Assembly: GCF_000015145.1 (NCBI RefSeq)
Contig: NC_008818.1
Span: 660,001 to 692,000 of the forward strand
DNA length: 32,000 nt
Source of the DNA: Hyperthermus butylicus DSM 5456
GTDB taxonomy: Archaea > Thermoproteota > Thermoprotei_A > Sulfolobales > Pyrodictiaceae
Reading direction: 5' to 3'
Part shown: piece by piece, positions 9,249 to 19,184 of the stretch
How positions within the stretch are numbered: position 1 is the first letter of the stretch
How the letters are laid out: each line of letters begins with the position of its first letter
The notes under the pieces: generated by a model
Seen by the model: only the letters and a program-made list of their open reading frames with translations
Databases searched by the model: none
What the model was told of the DNA's origin: nothing
Made by a program: the position numbers and the translations under genes

Positions 9249-10000
9249 ATAGCGACATAGTGCTCCGCGTTGAGAACCTCTGGAAGAGCTTTGGCAGCCA
9301 GACGGTGCTCCGGGGCGTCAGCTTTACGGTCCGCCGCGGAGAGGTAAAGGTGATTATCGGGCCCTCGGGCTCGGGGAAGTCCACGCTCCTCCGCTGCATT
9401 AACCTCCTGGTGAGACCCGACCGTGGCAGGATAGAGCTGGAAGGCATTGAGGTCTACCCGAGGCCGGCGATGAAGATTAACAAGATACGCGAGAGGATAG
9501 GCTTCGTCTTCCAGCAGTTCAACCTATTCATGCACCTTACAGCCCTCGACAACGTGAGGATAGGCCTGGTGAAGGTCAAGAAGCTCCCGCCAGAGGAGGC
9601 CACGAGGAGGGCGGTTGAGGCACTGAAGATGGTTGGCATAACCGAGGATCTCTGGCACAAGTACCCTGCACAGCTTAGTGGTGGGCAGCAGCAGAGAGTA
9701 GCCATAGCAAGAGCGATCGCCATGGAGCCCTCCATAATACTCATGGACGAGCCGACCTCGGCCCTCGACCCAGAGCTCGTCGGGGAAGTGCTAAAGGTGA
9801 TCGAGGAGCTTGCAAGGAGGAGGACAACGATGCTGATAGTGACTCATGAGCTGGACTTTGCCCTCGAAGCAGCGGACGAGATAATGGTGCTCGACCAGGG
9901 CGTCATAGTTGAGAGGGGGAGCCCAGAGGAGATACTGAGAAACCCCAAGCACGAGCGTACAAGGCGCTTCATCGAGAGGATTGCCAGGAGGAGGCACTAG
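9245..10000 (+). CDS. amino-acid ABC transporter ATP-binding protein (GlnQ type)
   Basis: Walker A GPSGSGKST, Q-loop, signature LSGGQQQRVAIARA, Walker B ILMDEPTSALD and an H-loop (VTHE). Confidence 0.95.
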   Translation: MNSDIVLRVENLWKSFGSQTVLRGVSFTVRRGEVKVIIGPSGSGKSTLLRCINLLVRPDRGRIELEGIEVYPRPAMKINKIRERIGFVFQQFNLFMHLTALDNVRIGLVKVKKLPPEEATRRAVEALKMVGITEDLWHKYPAQLSGGQQQRVAIARAIAMEPSIILMDEPTSALDPELVGEVLKVIEELARRRTTMLIVTHELDFALEAADEIMVLDQGVIVERGSPEEILRNPKHERTRRFIERIARRRH

Positions 10001-10003
10001 GCC

Positions 10004-10705
10004 TTGGAGCTGCTGCAACGTATAGCAGAGCTGCTCTCGGAGCCCCGCTATGTGAGCCTACTCGCCGAAGGCATACGGAACACGCTCATACTCACAGCAG
10101 CCTCCTTCACTATGGGCTTCGCACTCGGAACCCTCATAGCGATTGGTAGGCTCTACGGCCCCAGGCCCCTCCGCTGGCTCCTAGCCGGCTACGTCGAGCT
10201 GATACGTGGCACGCCAATGCTGCTCCAGCTCTTCATACTATACTACGCGCTCCCCCAGGCCGGGATAAGCCTTGCCGCCATGACAGCCGCTATACTCGGC
10301 ATGGGCCTCAACAGCGCAGCATACCAGTCCGAGTATCTCCGTGCCTCCCTACGCGCAGTCCACACGGGACAGTGGGAAGCAGCCCTAGCCCTAGGCATGA
10401 CCAGGTGGCAAGCAATAACCAGCATCATACTCCCAATAGGGCTCCGCACAGCAATACCAGCACTAACCAACGAGCTAGTATACCTCCTCAAATATTCCTC
10501 AATAGCCTACTTCCTAGCAGTGGTAGAGCTCGTCTACGCTGGCAAGATAATAGGCTCGGAGACCTTCGCCTACCTCGAAGTCTACACGATCATAGCACTA
10601 GTCTACCTAGCATTCTCCCTAGCAATAACAAGGACCATGAAACGGCTCGAAAAGAAGGTCGCCATACCAGGCCTAGCTGTTAGCGCGGCTGAGAGGCTGC
10701 AATAA
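10004..10705 (+). CDS. amino-acid ABC transporter permease (second subunit, paralog of 8562..9248)
   Basis: 233-aa polytopic protein with GQWEAALALGMTRWQAITSIILPIGLRTAIPALTNE. TTG start 4 nt after the ATPase stop. Confidence 0.9.
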   Translation: MELLQRIAELLSEPRYVSLLAEGIRNTLILTAASFTMGFALGTLIAIGRLYGPRPLRWLLAGYVELIRGTPMLLQLFILYYALPQAGISLAAMTAAILGMGLNSAAYQSEYLRASLRAVHTGQWEAALALGMTRWQAITSIILPIGLRTAIPALTNELVYLLKYSSIAYFLAVVELVYAGKIIGSETFAYLEVYTIIALVYLAFSLAITRTMKRLEKKVAIPGLAVSAAERLQ

Positions 10706-10833
10706 GCTCCACCCGGCTTGACAAGACTTGGCAATCCCAACATACTGCTTATCGGTGCCTACCCAGCCTCCCGGGGGTATCTTTCCATGTTTGATACATG
10801 CATCCCGGCTATTGGGCCCAATTGTAGGGGCAG

Positions 10834-11385
10834 CTAGTTGGCTAGGAGGCCTCGTGATTCCCGGGCCGTGACGCCGCCGTGTATGCTGCATAGCTTCCAG
10901 TGTATCGTGTAGAGTGTGTAGCTGATCATCGTTATGATGGCTGAGAGCTGCTCAGCCAGGTCTCTCGGTACGAGCCCCTCTTCTACGGCCTTGGAGATGC
11001 TTCTCTCGGCTGCGCGGAGCTTAACCGATGCAAGCACTATGTCGGGGTCGCCCGGCCCGCAGCCAGTAAGGCTCCAGCCCCCGGGCTCGTCGAGGCCCTC
11101 ACCAGCCTCGATGACAGGCTTAACGGCGTCCTCTGGCTTTATAGCGCCGGCTAGGACTGCTGGTAGCAGCCTGATAGCCCTCTGTATCCTCTCGAGCCTC
11201 CAGACAAGCTCTTGGGGTACCTCCATTCTTGCACGTGCTATTAGCGCCTCAGCCTCCTCCATGTAGCCATAGGCTTCGATTACCGGGCTATGTTTTGGCA
11301 CAATGATGGTCTTACCGGCTACTAGCGCCTCTGTGTAGAGCCCCGTGCAGCCTGGCTTATCGGTCTTCTGCACAGGAGTTAGCAC
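10834..11385 (-). CDS. PduO-type ATP:cob(I)alamin adenosyltransferase family protein
   Basis: 183 aa. TDKPGCTGLY...KHSPVIEAYGYMEEAEALIARAR parallels the TGDxGxTxL...RIEAYGxxDELNxxIG N-terminus of the family (PF01923-like), followed by a helical bundle. Confidence 0.65.
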   Translation of the reverse strand: MLTPVQKTDKPGCTGLYTEALVAGKTIIVPKHSPVIEAYGYMEEAEALIARARMEVPQELVWRLERIQRAIRLLPAVLAGAIKPEDAVKPVIEAGEGLDEPGGWSLTGCGPGDPDIVLASVKLRAAERSISKAVEEGLVPRDLAEQLSAIITMISYTLYTIHWKLCSIHGGVTARESRGLLAN

Positions 11386-11579
11386 CCAGGTAACACCATA
11401 TAAGGCTACAGGGATAAATCCAGTGTGCTAGTCAGCACCATGACGCAGTAGAGGCAAGAAGTGCGAACCAGCCACTACCGCCACGGGGCATGGCTAGATT
11501 CTGGGGCAGGCACGGCGCTGCACCGTGCGAGAGAACAGTGTTTTCGCCTATAGCCATGCCTGGCTCTGGGAAGTGCTGC

Positions 11580-12296
11580 CTAGACGGTTACGGGTGCTGC
11601 TGGCAGTATGCCTGCAGCGTGTGCAGCTAGCAGTATTGCGAGGCTTACCAGTGGCACACTAATATTATCATCTATGAGGCCCTGCTTCTCTACCAATGCC
11701 GCGATTATCGCTGTGAGCGCGCCTACAACGCCGAATATCGCGGCACCGACAGGTATTGATACAGCCATGAAGCCTATGGTGCCATCCCAGCTCTTTACGC
11801 GGCGCCTCTGCCTTATCCCCCTGATTATCCCGGTTACACCGTCGCCAAAGCTCATTAGGAATAGTGGGAACACGGCTAGCCAGACATTGAGGGGCCAGGC
11901 TACGAGCACCGCTAGTCCCCAGCTGAGGCAGTAGTAGACCTCGCTGATATTGCTCGGATCCTGGAACCACTCCATCAGCTTGCCAGTCCTGTGCGGCATG
12001 TATACGTAGGCTGCGAGGGCGAGGCCTAGGAGGAATGGTATCCAGGGCTCGCGGAACACGAACGGTAAGAGCAGCGCTACGACGCCACCGGCAGCCATGT
12101 GGATAACCTTCCTAGCAAAGTAAACCCCGACGCTCTCGCCCCACCTAGCCTTGGCCCACTCGTAGCTCCACCGGGCAAGCCCATACACGACAAATAGTAC
12201 CCAGGCTGCGAGCGGCAGGCTCCGTAGGAGATCACTGATCAAAAGCCCGGGCTCGACAGCATAAGCGTCGAGCACCGACACGGCTCCAAGCCCCAC
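11580..12296 (-). CDS. polytopic membrane protein, dolichol/polyprenol kinase (CTP-transferase 1) family-like
   Basis: 238 aa with about 6-7 hydrophobic segments. The C-terminal SFGDGVTGIIRGIRQRRRVKSWDGTIGF resembles the GDxxAxxxG...KSxEG motif of this family. The exact substrate cannot be called. Confidence 0.5.
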   Translation of the reverse strand: MGLGAVSVLDAYAVEPGLLISDLLRSLPLAAWVLFVVYGLARWSYEWAKARWGESVGVYFARKVIHMAAGGVVALLLPFVFREPWIPFLLGLALAAYVYMPHRTGKLMEWFQDPSNISEVYYCLSWGLAVLVAWPLNVWLAVFPLFLMSFGDGVTGIIRGIRQRRRVKSWDGTIGFMAVSIPVGAAIFGVVGALTAIIAALVEKQGLIDDNISVPLVSLAILLAAHAAGILPAAPVTV

Positions 12297-12347
12297 ACGG
12301 GCTCCAGGGAGGACGGAATTGGTGGGGCAAATAAGGAGTTCAACCAG

Positions 12348-12662
12348 CTAGTTTCTAGGCTCCTCCACCGGTCTCAGCCTATAGAGTGGCCTGCCGTTAA
12401 CAACTACTCTCTCGACAAGCCCCATAGCTGTTAGTTTCTGGAGCTTCCTCCACACAACAGACTTGCCCAAGGCAAGCCTCCTAGCAATCTCACTCACACC
12501 TATAACACCCTCCCTAGCCAGGAGATGCAGGATAGCCTTATCCCGGTCGTCGAGTACACCCTCTCCCAGCACGACCTCTGGTCCCCCAGCAGCTTGGCTC
12601 GAAGCCGTTGAGCCGCCATTCCTGCCACTAGTCTTAGCTATCATGGCTTTCTCCGGCCTCAC
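12348..12662 (-). CDS. winged-helix (MarR/ArsR-like) transcriptional regulator
   Basis: 104 aa. DKAILHLLAREGVIGVSEIARRLALGKSVVWRKLQKLTAMGLVERVVVNGRPLYRL has an HTH-plus-wing layout. Confidence 0.7.
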   Translation of the reverse strand: MRPEKAMIAKTSGRNGGSTASSQAAGGPEVVLGEGVLDDRDKAILHLLAREGVIGVSEIARRLALGKSVVWRKLQKLTAMGLVERVVVNGRPLYRLRPVEEPRN

Positions 12663-13238
12663 CAGGAAATAGCATGGCCATGCACACCTACAAATACCCC
12701 TCCATAATCAAGCCCGGACACTAAAACACCACCCTTGGCCCCGGCTGTGCCTCGCCCATAGCTACACCATGGCGGCAACTGGTACTAGGATGGTGGACTG
12801 CGGGGGTAGGGGTGCCTTTAGGGGGAATACTAAGTTGCTCTTTGAGCCAACCAACCTCTAAATGATGTCCTAGAGGCGCCCGAAGAGCCTGAGCTAGAAC
12901 CAGACAATGGCAAACTGGATACGGCTCGGGACCCTGCGGAGGCTGCAGGGGGTGTCAAGATCTATTCCCTCCTCCTCTACGTCTACGTGGTGGCCTTGCA
13001 GCTCGAGGCAGCGCTGATAGGCTGTGCTGCGGAGCTATGCGTTGGTAGACCCCTTTTGCCTGCCTTTAGACCGATTTGCATATGCTGGGAGTGGAGAAGA
13101 AGCCTTGTAATCAACGCGATCTATGCTCTCGACGGTGTTATCCACGAGTATCTCGACGAGGTAAAGGCTGCTACCTCGAAAAGAGTGAGGAGGACCAGCT
13201 GTGAGATGCTATCAAGCCATGGCGGAGAGCCGGGTATC

Positions 13239-13691
13239 CTAGCACGTGACGTGGAATACTGCTAAGACACGGTGTCCCTCCCCTGCCAGCCTGTTATACT
13301 CCTCTATGGCTTGGCGTGTTGGCTTCAACACCAGCTTTGCACGGGCTGAGAATAACTCCTTAGCATCGTCTTCGACGGGTAGTGCTCCGTACTGACCCGT
13401 GCCGATGACAATGTAGTCTACCTGGCCTGCCTTGGATAGTATGTGCTCAGCCTCCCTCCGGCTGAGGGGTGTGTGTCCATAGACGTTCTTCCTGCTGGAG
13501 GAGAGGTATTTCGGTCTACGAGCAACAGTGCCATCAGGGTATATTACGACGTCATACTCGTAGCATGCACCGTTGATAACTATGTAGCCAAAACCTGTGC
13601 CCTCAACCCGCGGCTGCACCACAGCCCCGCCCCTCCACAACTCCACGCCATGGAATGTGTGGGCTCGCCTTCTCTCGATCGTGTGGGCCAA
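13239..13691 (-). CDS. Mth938-domain (DUF498) protein
   Basis: 150 aa. GFGYIVINGACYEYDVVIYPDG...VDYIVIGTGQYGALPVEDDAKELF...LKPTRQAIEEYNRLAGEGHRVLAVFHVTC matches the Mth938/NDUFAF3-like pattern. Confidence 0.7.
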   Translation of the reverse strand: MAHTIERRRAHTFHGVELWRGGAVVQPRVEGTGFGYIVINGACYEYDVVIYPDGTVARRPKYLSSSRKNVYGHTPLSRREAEHILSKAGQVDYIVIGTGQYGALPVEDDAKELFSARAKLVLKPTRQAIEEYNRLAGEGHRVLAVFHVTC

Positions 13692-13775
13692 CTGTACACT
13701 GGGCTGGTGTCGGAGAATTTAACGACGCTACAGAATTTTTCAGGTTGCCCTTGGGAGTGTGTCCTGGTGGCCGAT

Positions 13776-14291
13776 ATGCTTGTAGGCCTTGTAAGTGATA
13801 CCCACGACGACGTCTCCGCAGCTCGTCGTGCAGCTGAGGTATTCTCTCGGCACGGCGTCGAAGTCGTACTACACCTTGGCGATGTTGTTGCGCCCTTTAC
13901 ACTGAAGGTGTTTGGAGAGGCTGGGATAAGGAGGCTCTACGCCGTCTACGGTAACAATTGCGGCGAGAGGCTAGGCCTTCAGAGGCTAGCGGTCCAGTAC
14001 GGCTACCGTATCGAGGAGTGGCCCCTGCTCGTGGAGGCTGGTAACCGTAGAATACTCATGCTCCACGGCGTGGGAAGCCAGGAGAAAACACGGGAGCTCG
14101 TAGAGGCTCTCGCTGCGAGCCAGCGCTACGACGTAGTAGCCTACGGGCACACCCACCAGGTTGATGTGAGGAGGGTCGGCGGGGTTCTCGTGGTTAACCC
14201 TGGCGAGGCGTGTGGCTGCTTAACCGGGAGAAAGACTGTGGCGATACTTGATACCGAGACTCTTAGCGTCGAAATAGTGGAGCTGAGCTAG
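13776..14291 (+). CDS. MJ0936/YfcE-type metallophosphoesterase
   Basis: The ORF-track entry 13443..14291 is trimmed to the ATG at 13776. MLVGLVSDTHDD, HLGDVV, GNNCGE, MLHG and YGHTH are the classic calcineurin-like phosphoesterase motifs. The upstream 111 aa are antisense to the Mth938 gene. Confidence 0.85.
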   Translation: MLVGLVSDTHDDVSAARRAAEVFSRHGVEVVLHLGDVVAPFTLKVFGEAGIRRLYAVYGNNCGERLGLQRLAVQYGYRIEEWPLLVEAGNRRILMLHGVGSQEKTRELVEALAASQRYDVVAYGHTHQVDVRRVGGVLVVNPGEACGCLTGRKTVAILDTETLSVEIVELS

Positions 14292-14740
14292 GCTTCACCG
14301 TGAGCCTCAACTACCAGCACATCCACCCTATGGCTTAGCGATATGACCTTGCTGGAGACGCTTCCAAGTATCAGCCTCTCCAGGCTACCCCTGCCACGGC
14401 GCCCCACTACTATCAGGTCGCACCCGTTCTCTTCTGCATAGCGTACCAGCTCCTCAGCTTGATCCCCAACCAGGAGAACATGCTTGACGTGCTCGAGGCC
14501 AGCTGCCTCCCTAACCTCGCGGACGAGCGCCTCAAGACTCTTGCGGGCCTGCTCCTCGAACATAGACATGTCAATATGCTCTGGCACCATGAGCTCGCCA
14601 AGGAACACTGTTGGCGGCGGTATCACGGTCGCAATGACAAGCTTTGAGCCGAGAGCCTTAGCTATCTCTATAGCCCTATTAACCGCTCTACGAGAGGCAT
14701 TACTACCATCGTAGCCCACAAGGATGCAGCTATACGGCAC
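14288..14740 (-). CDS. universal stress protein (UspA family)
   Basis: ILVGYDGSNASRRAV...CDLIVVGRRGRGSLERLILGSVSSKVISLSHRVDVLVV. The in-frame GTG at 14740 (MPYSCILVGYDGS) gives a family-typical 150 aa. The ORF track extends to 14857. Confidence 0.85.
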   Translation of the reverse strand: MPYSCILVGYDGSNASRRAVNRAIEIAKALGSKLVIATVIPPPTVFLGELMVPEHIDMSMFEEQARKSLEALVREVREAAGLEHVKHVLLVGDQAEELVRYAEENGCDLIVVGRRGRGSLERLILGSVSSKVISLSHRVDVLVVEAHGEA

Positions 14741-15392
14741 CCGGCTACCCCAAGTCAAACCGCGAAGACGAGGGATTATAGCTTCTAGCCCAGCAGCTAC
14801 ACGACTATACAGTGCGCTAGAGCCTACCGCCTCCCACCGGCAAGAGCGGGCCTTCACACGAATAGTGCTGGAAGCCAGCGGGAGGAATGGAGCTGCTCTA
14901 AGTATTATAGGACGAGCAATTACTCCAGCATCCTCACCACGTCAAGATGGCTTGTAGAGACGTAGCCTAGCCTGCACGCCCTCGTATCTTCATCTAGCGC
15001 ATTGGTCACCACTATGACCGGGAGTGTCGTAACCCATAGCTTTGAGTAAGCCTGCAATGGATTAGTCTGGGGTGAGCAGCTGTACACCGATTAGCCTTTG
15101 CGGCCGCGTAGGACATGCTACTGGAGGGATCGCGATGGCCAGCAGCGTAGATGGAGAATCGGTGATCCAAAAGCCCGCATCGTCTCAGTTGTTTGAGGGA
15201 ATAAAGCATCCGAAAACCGGGAATATACCTGGAGTAAATCCGAAGCCTCATCCTTGGTTTGAGGAAAGAGGGGTATAGAATACCGGATTCTTGGCCATCA
15301 AAAGGATAAAAAAGGAGTAGATGAAAATAGGAAATAAAATGGAAATCACAAACACATAACAGCATCAAATACCTGGTGATTGGTGACTATAG

Positions 15393-16726
15393 TTGCGCCA
15401 CGGTCACAACCATTCTATGCACATGGGCAACGAACATACAGATCACAGTATGCATGATAAGCATAGAGATCATGAGGGACACGATACGCATGAAGGTCAC
15501 GGCATAGCAGTAGTTACCCCCATGGAGCACCATAAGGCTATGATAAGAGACTATAAGAGGAGATTCCTTGTATAATCAATCCTCACCATACCCGTTCTAC
15601 TCATATCGCCAGAGGTGCAGGGCGCCCTAGGTTTCAAGCTAGTATTTCCAGGACAATCACTGCTACTATGGCTGTTATCGTCAGTCATTTACTTCTATGG
15701 AGGCTACCCATTCCTTAGAGGGCTTTTGAATGAGCTAAGGAATAGATTGCCTGGCATGATGACACTAATCGGTGTAGCTATAACGGTTGCGTATCTGTAC
15801 AGCACTTTAGTTGTATTCCTAATTCCCGGCAAGACCTTCTTCTGGGAGCTAGCTACACTAATCGACGTAATGCTGCTTGGGCACTGGATTGAGATGAAGA
15901 GCCTCCTAGGAGCTTCTAGAGCACTAGAGAAGCTAGCCAAGGCGTTACCTACTACAGCCCATCTAGTCAAGAATGGAAGCTACGTTGATGTATATGTTTC
16001 CATGATTAAACCCGGCGATAAGATCCTTGTTAAGCCGGGAGAGAAGATACCCGTTGACGGGATTATCGTTGAGGGCGAAACTAGCGTCGACGAGTCGCTC
16101 ATTACTGGCGAGTCGAGGCCCGCGTATAAGAAGCCTGGAGATAAGGTTCTTGCTGGCACGATAAACCTTGATGGCTCCATAATAGTTGAGGCTCTCGGTG
16201 TTGGAAAGGATACCTACCTGGCGCAGGTCATAGAGCTTGTTAAGGATATTCAGATGAGCAAATCTAGGGCGCAGGATCTAGCTAAGCGTGTCGCCGAGGA
16301 GCTAGGCATAGACGAGTACTATGCTGAGGTTCTCCCCATGAGAAGGTTGAGGTTGTGAAGAGGGTGAAGGCTGGAGGATACGTAACTGCCATGGTGGGTG
16401 ACGGGGTTAACGATGCTCCTGCCCTAATGGAGGCTGATGTAGGCATAGCTATTGGGGCTGGAACTGACATCGCTATCGAGTCAGCTGATGTGATACTGGT
16501 GAAGAATGGCCCGAGAGACGTTGTCAAGGTGATAGAGCTGTCCAGGAAGACCTACAGGAAGATAAAGCAGAACCTGCTATGGGCGACAGGCTACAACGCG
16601 TTCGCAATACCTGCAGCGGCGGGAGCACTGTACGGTATAGGATTCCTCCTACCGCCAGCCCTGGGAGCACTACTCATGTCACTAAGCACGGTAATCGTTG
16701 CTATAAACGCGAGCCTCTTGAGATGA
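15393..16726 (+). pseudogene. copB: CopB-type (His-rich N-terminus) heavy-metal P1B-ATPase, decayed by a nonsense codon, a large internal deletion and a frameshift
   Basis: Three ORF-track pieces (15393..15575, 15615..16358, 16355..16726) are one gene. The His-rich tail ends ...DYKRRFLV, then TAA at 15573-15575, then the same frame reads SILTIPVLLISPEVQGAL... The TM and actuator domain (TGESRP) runs to ...SKSRAQDLA. It then jumps straight to [18 protein letters not shown], so the CPx, DKTGT and N-domain segments are absent. A frame change at C-run 16334-16337 leads into [10 protein letters not shown]...[12 protein letters not shown]...[11 protein letters not shown]. Confidence 0.85.
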
Positions 16727-17161
16727 TAGGGTTCAGTACCGAAGTTTTTGACCAGCTACAATTCTATTATTTCGTTCGTCTCAACAAGATTAAACATAGC
16801 ATGGGAGCCTGGCTCTCTACCAGCTGGGTGGTAGTCATTAGTGATGAATCCTAGTGTGCCGTGGGGGGCATCCATACCCTTGTGGTGTCTCGGCTGGATT
16901 GGCTACAGAACTAGAAAACATGGAGGGCTTTTCAGAGAATCGGCTGAGAATTGCTGGATATCCATGAGCGCCGTTGTAGTAGCTGCTCTCCGCTCCCGTA
17001 GATGCTGGTGCATCCGGCTCACATCCTCTTTCGGCGAATGAGGCCATGAATAGTCGTGCCGAGCTAGCATTCTTCCGTGTCTTCGCAATGTCCACGCTCA
17101 GGGATTGCATGTATTTAGTCTCGGTGCCTCCCTGGGGGGCCGTGGCTGGTGCTGGTGAACT

Positions 17162-18187
17162 GTGTTGGCTGCGCCTGCTGTGGAGGCTCTCGCGGGGGCT
17201 AGAAGAATCCACGTGGTGTCCCACGTGGATCTAGACGGTCTTGTTGCTGCTGCACTGCTGGCTAGGTGGGCTAGGCGTCGCGGCGTAGAGGTGGTGCACG
17301 ATGTTACTGGGGCTCGTGGCCTCTACAGGATGCTGAGGAGGGCGCTGCAGCTGGCAGCGGGTAGGCCCGGCACGGTGGTTGTTGCTGCTGACTTGGCGCC
17401 CCGTAGCCTCTCCGAGGCTGAGGCTCTCGCTGCAGCTCTCAACCCGAGGACAACGCTGCTATGGCTCGACCACCACGAGTGGCCCAGCGGTGCCCACGAG
17501 TCGCTAGAGAAGGCCGGAGCCATCATAGTGCATGACCGGTCCAAGACCACCGCGGAGATAGCATGTAGCCTCCTCAGCTGCTGGGGCGACGGCTACGAGA
17601 AGATGATTGTAGAGATCGCAAGGGCAGACGATGGCTGCAGCGATGACCCCTACGGGCTTGCCGACAAGTGGAGGCTGGTACTGCGCCACATCGGCTGGGA
17701 CGGGCTGAGGAGGGCTGCGGAGAGCCTTGCCTCGGGTGAGGCGTGGCCGGGCTGGGCCCGCGAGGTCTACGAGAGGGAGGCCCCGAGCTACTACCAGGAG
17801 ATACGGGAGAAAACCAGCGTTGAGAGGTACAGCTTCGAGGATGTAAGAGTGGCGGTGGTTACCCCGCCGCCTAGGGCTAGCGGCTGTGACGTGCAACGCT
17901 TCGGGCCAAGCCTAGGCCCCGGCGACGCCGACGTGGTTGTCATCCTTTACCCGCGCGGCATGAGTATTAGAACATGGGGTAGGCTCAACGCGAACTGTAT
18001 CGCCTCAAAGCTCGGCGGCGGAGGCCACAGCCACGTAGCAGGAGCACCAAGGCCGTCACAGTCGATGAGCTCGGCACAGATAGCCCGGATGGTGGCGAGA
18101 GCCGCCCTAGACTGTATGGAGCCCAGTACTGCGGGACAGAGCGTGGATGCGGCTGGCACATCTCCAGGCAACCCAGCCCGTATATAG
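17162..18187 (+). CDS. DHH/DHHA1-family phosphoesterase
   Basis: 341 aa. HVVSHVDLDGLVAAALL (motifs I/II), LWLDHHEW (the DHH motif) and a C-terminal GGGGHSHVAGA (DHHA1 GGGH). Confidence 0.8.
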   Translation: MLAAPAVEALAGARRIHVVSHVDLDGLVAAALLARWARRRGVEVVHDVTGARGLYRMLRRALQLAAGRPGTVVVAADLAPRSLSEAEALAAALNPRTTLLWLDHHEWPSGAHESLEKAGAIIVHDRSKTTAEIACSLLSCWGDGYEKMIVEIARADDGCSDDPYGLADKWRLVLRHIGWDGLRRAAESLASGEAWPGWAREVYEREAPSYYQEIREKTSVERYSFEDVRVAVVTPPPRASGCDVQRFGPSLGPGDADVVVILYPRGMSIRTWGRLNANCIASKLGGGGHSHVAGAPRPSQSMSSAQIARMVARAALDCMEPSTAGQSVDAAGTSPGNPARI

Positions 18188-18258
18188 CGTCGTGGTGTGC
18201 ATCTCCTTTCGCACTGGTTAAAAACGCGCAAGTTAACGCATACCAGTTCGGAGCGCAT

Positions 18259-18726
18259 GTGGTGAGACTCTTGACGGGCTATGGCGAAGACGTACACCAT
18301 GGTGGGCATGGAGCACATCACGACCCGGAGAAGATTAGGAGGGCCATTGAGGCGGCTAAGCAGCTGCCTAGAAAGCCGAAGCCCCAGGGCGTAGTACGCG
18401 TTGCTGCCGGCCTAGAAGAACACACAGGCCCCCGCAGTAGGGTTTCATGGAGCATTACTCACGCGCCATACCTGGCCATAGTCGATATAGCTGATGCAAA
18501 TATTGCTGACATCCTTGTAGCCCCCAACCCCCTCGCGGATATGAGGGGCGGCGTTGGAATCGCCATCGCTAGGTGGCTCATAGACAACAATGTCGACATC
18601 GTTGTTGTAGGACACATTGGCCACCATGCACTCGAAGCTATCAACGCGAAGAAGATAAAGATTGTACAGCCCATGCCGGGAGAAACCCTCGTCAACGTCC
18701 TCAGAAGGATAGGCTTGCTAGCCTAG
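18259..18726 (+). CDS. NifX/NifB-like (dinitrogenase FeMo-cofactor-binding fold) domain protein with a His-rich N-terminal extension
   Basis: 155 aa. VRVAAGLEE...THAPYLAIVDI...NPLADMRGGVGIAIARWLIDNNVDIVVVGHIGHHALEAINAKKIKIV fits the PF02579-type pattern. The N-terminus carries HHGGHGAHHD. The start is uncertain. Confidence 0.65.
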   Translation: MVRLLTGYGEDVHHGGHGAHHDPEKIRRAIEAAKQLPRKPKPQGVVRVAAGLEEHTGPRSRVSWSITHAPYLAIVDIADANIADILVAPNPLADMRGGVGIAIARWLIDNNVDIVVVGHIGHHALEAINAKKIKIVQPMPGETLVNVLRRIGLLA

Positions 18727-18735
18727 ACGCCTACA

Positions 18736-18888
18736 ATGGAGGATATTAGGAGGCTCGAGGAAAGGCTGGACAAGAGGATTAGCTGCGTAGAAGAGCGGAT
18801 AGAGAGCCTCGTAAAATGGGTTGTAGGAATGCCAGCTACCATGTGGGCTACGCTAGCTGCAGTACTCATAGCCTCCCTCCTACGCTGA
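18736..18888 (+). CDS. small (50 aa) coiled-coil + C-terminal TM protein, hypothetical
   Basis: ATG-initiated ORF below the track's size cutoff: MEDIRRLEERLDKRISCVEERIESLVKWVVGMPATMWATLAAVLIASLLR. It starts 10 nt after the upstream stop. Support is ORF structure only. Confidence 0.35.
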   Translation: MEDIRRLEERLDKRISCVEERIESLVKWVVGMPATMWATLAAVLIASLLR

Positions 18889-19184
18889 CATCACGGCATT
18901 CTCACATATTGCTCCATATCGATGCAGCTATGGCTACTCGTTCTCGATAATTAACATTGAGTGTATCCACAATAACAACTCTCCTAGAGCGAATCGCATT
19001 ATATTAAACGCACATATAGCATTAAGCTGGACATATGCTAGCCTCTCTTCCACAAGAAGTTTCATGAATACCATTGGGGGTTCACGACAACCTGTTCACA
19101 GATATTGAGCGAGCCGACCTGGCATAGTACAGCTTCTGGTTTTATAGTGCCTAGTATACACACTGTATACGTGGATGTCTCTGG

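Noticed and set aside
8930-10401. A 23-nt identical stretch, GCAGCCCTAGCCCTAGGCATGA (8930-8952 and 10379-10401), and a shared GGCCCCAGGCCCCTC in the transporter region.
   Set aside because: Both copies fall at the same conserved positions (GQWEAALALGM and YGPRPL) of the two paralogous permease genes. This is paralogy, not a mobile or regulatory repeat.
12663-13238. A 575-nt gap without a convincing ORF, checked for a structured RNA (tRNA, SRP or RNase P signatures) and for the plus-strand ORF 12987..13265.
   Set aside because: I found no conserved RNA signature strings such as GAGGAAAGTCC or a GGTTCGAATCC-type T-arm with matching stems. The ORF's translation is Cys/Arg-rich with no motifs and overlaps the Mth938 gene end. 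The region remains unexplained intergenic sequence.
15393-15575. The His-rich 60-aa ORF as a stand-alone metallochaperone or histidine-rich metal-binding peptide.
   Set aside because: The frame continues in phase after the TAA into SILTIPVLLISPE..., the first TM region of the CopB-type ATPase. It is therefore the ATPase's His-rich N-terminal domain cut off by a nonsense codon.
16727-17160. Overlapping ORFs on both strands (16838..17224 minus, 16841..17041 plus, 16903..17088 minus) between copB and the DHH gene.
   Set aside because: None shows a recognisable motif, signal or sensible composition, and they mutually overlap. I cannot support a call. The region may be a promoter or spacer, or may hold an unrecognised small gene.
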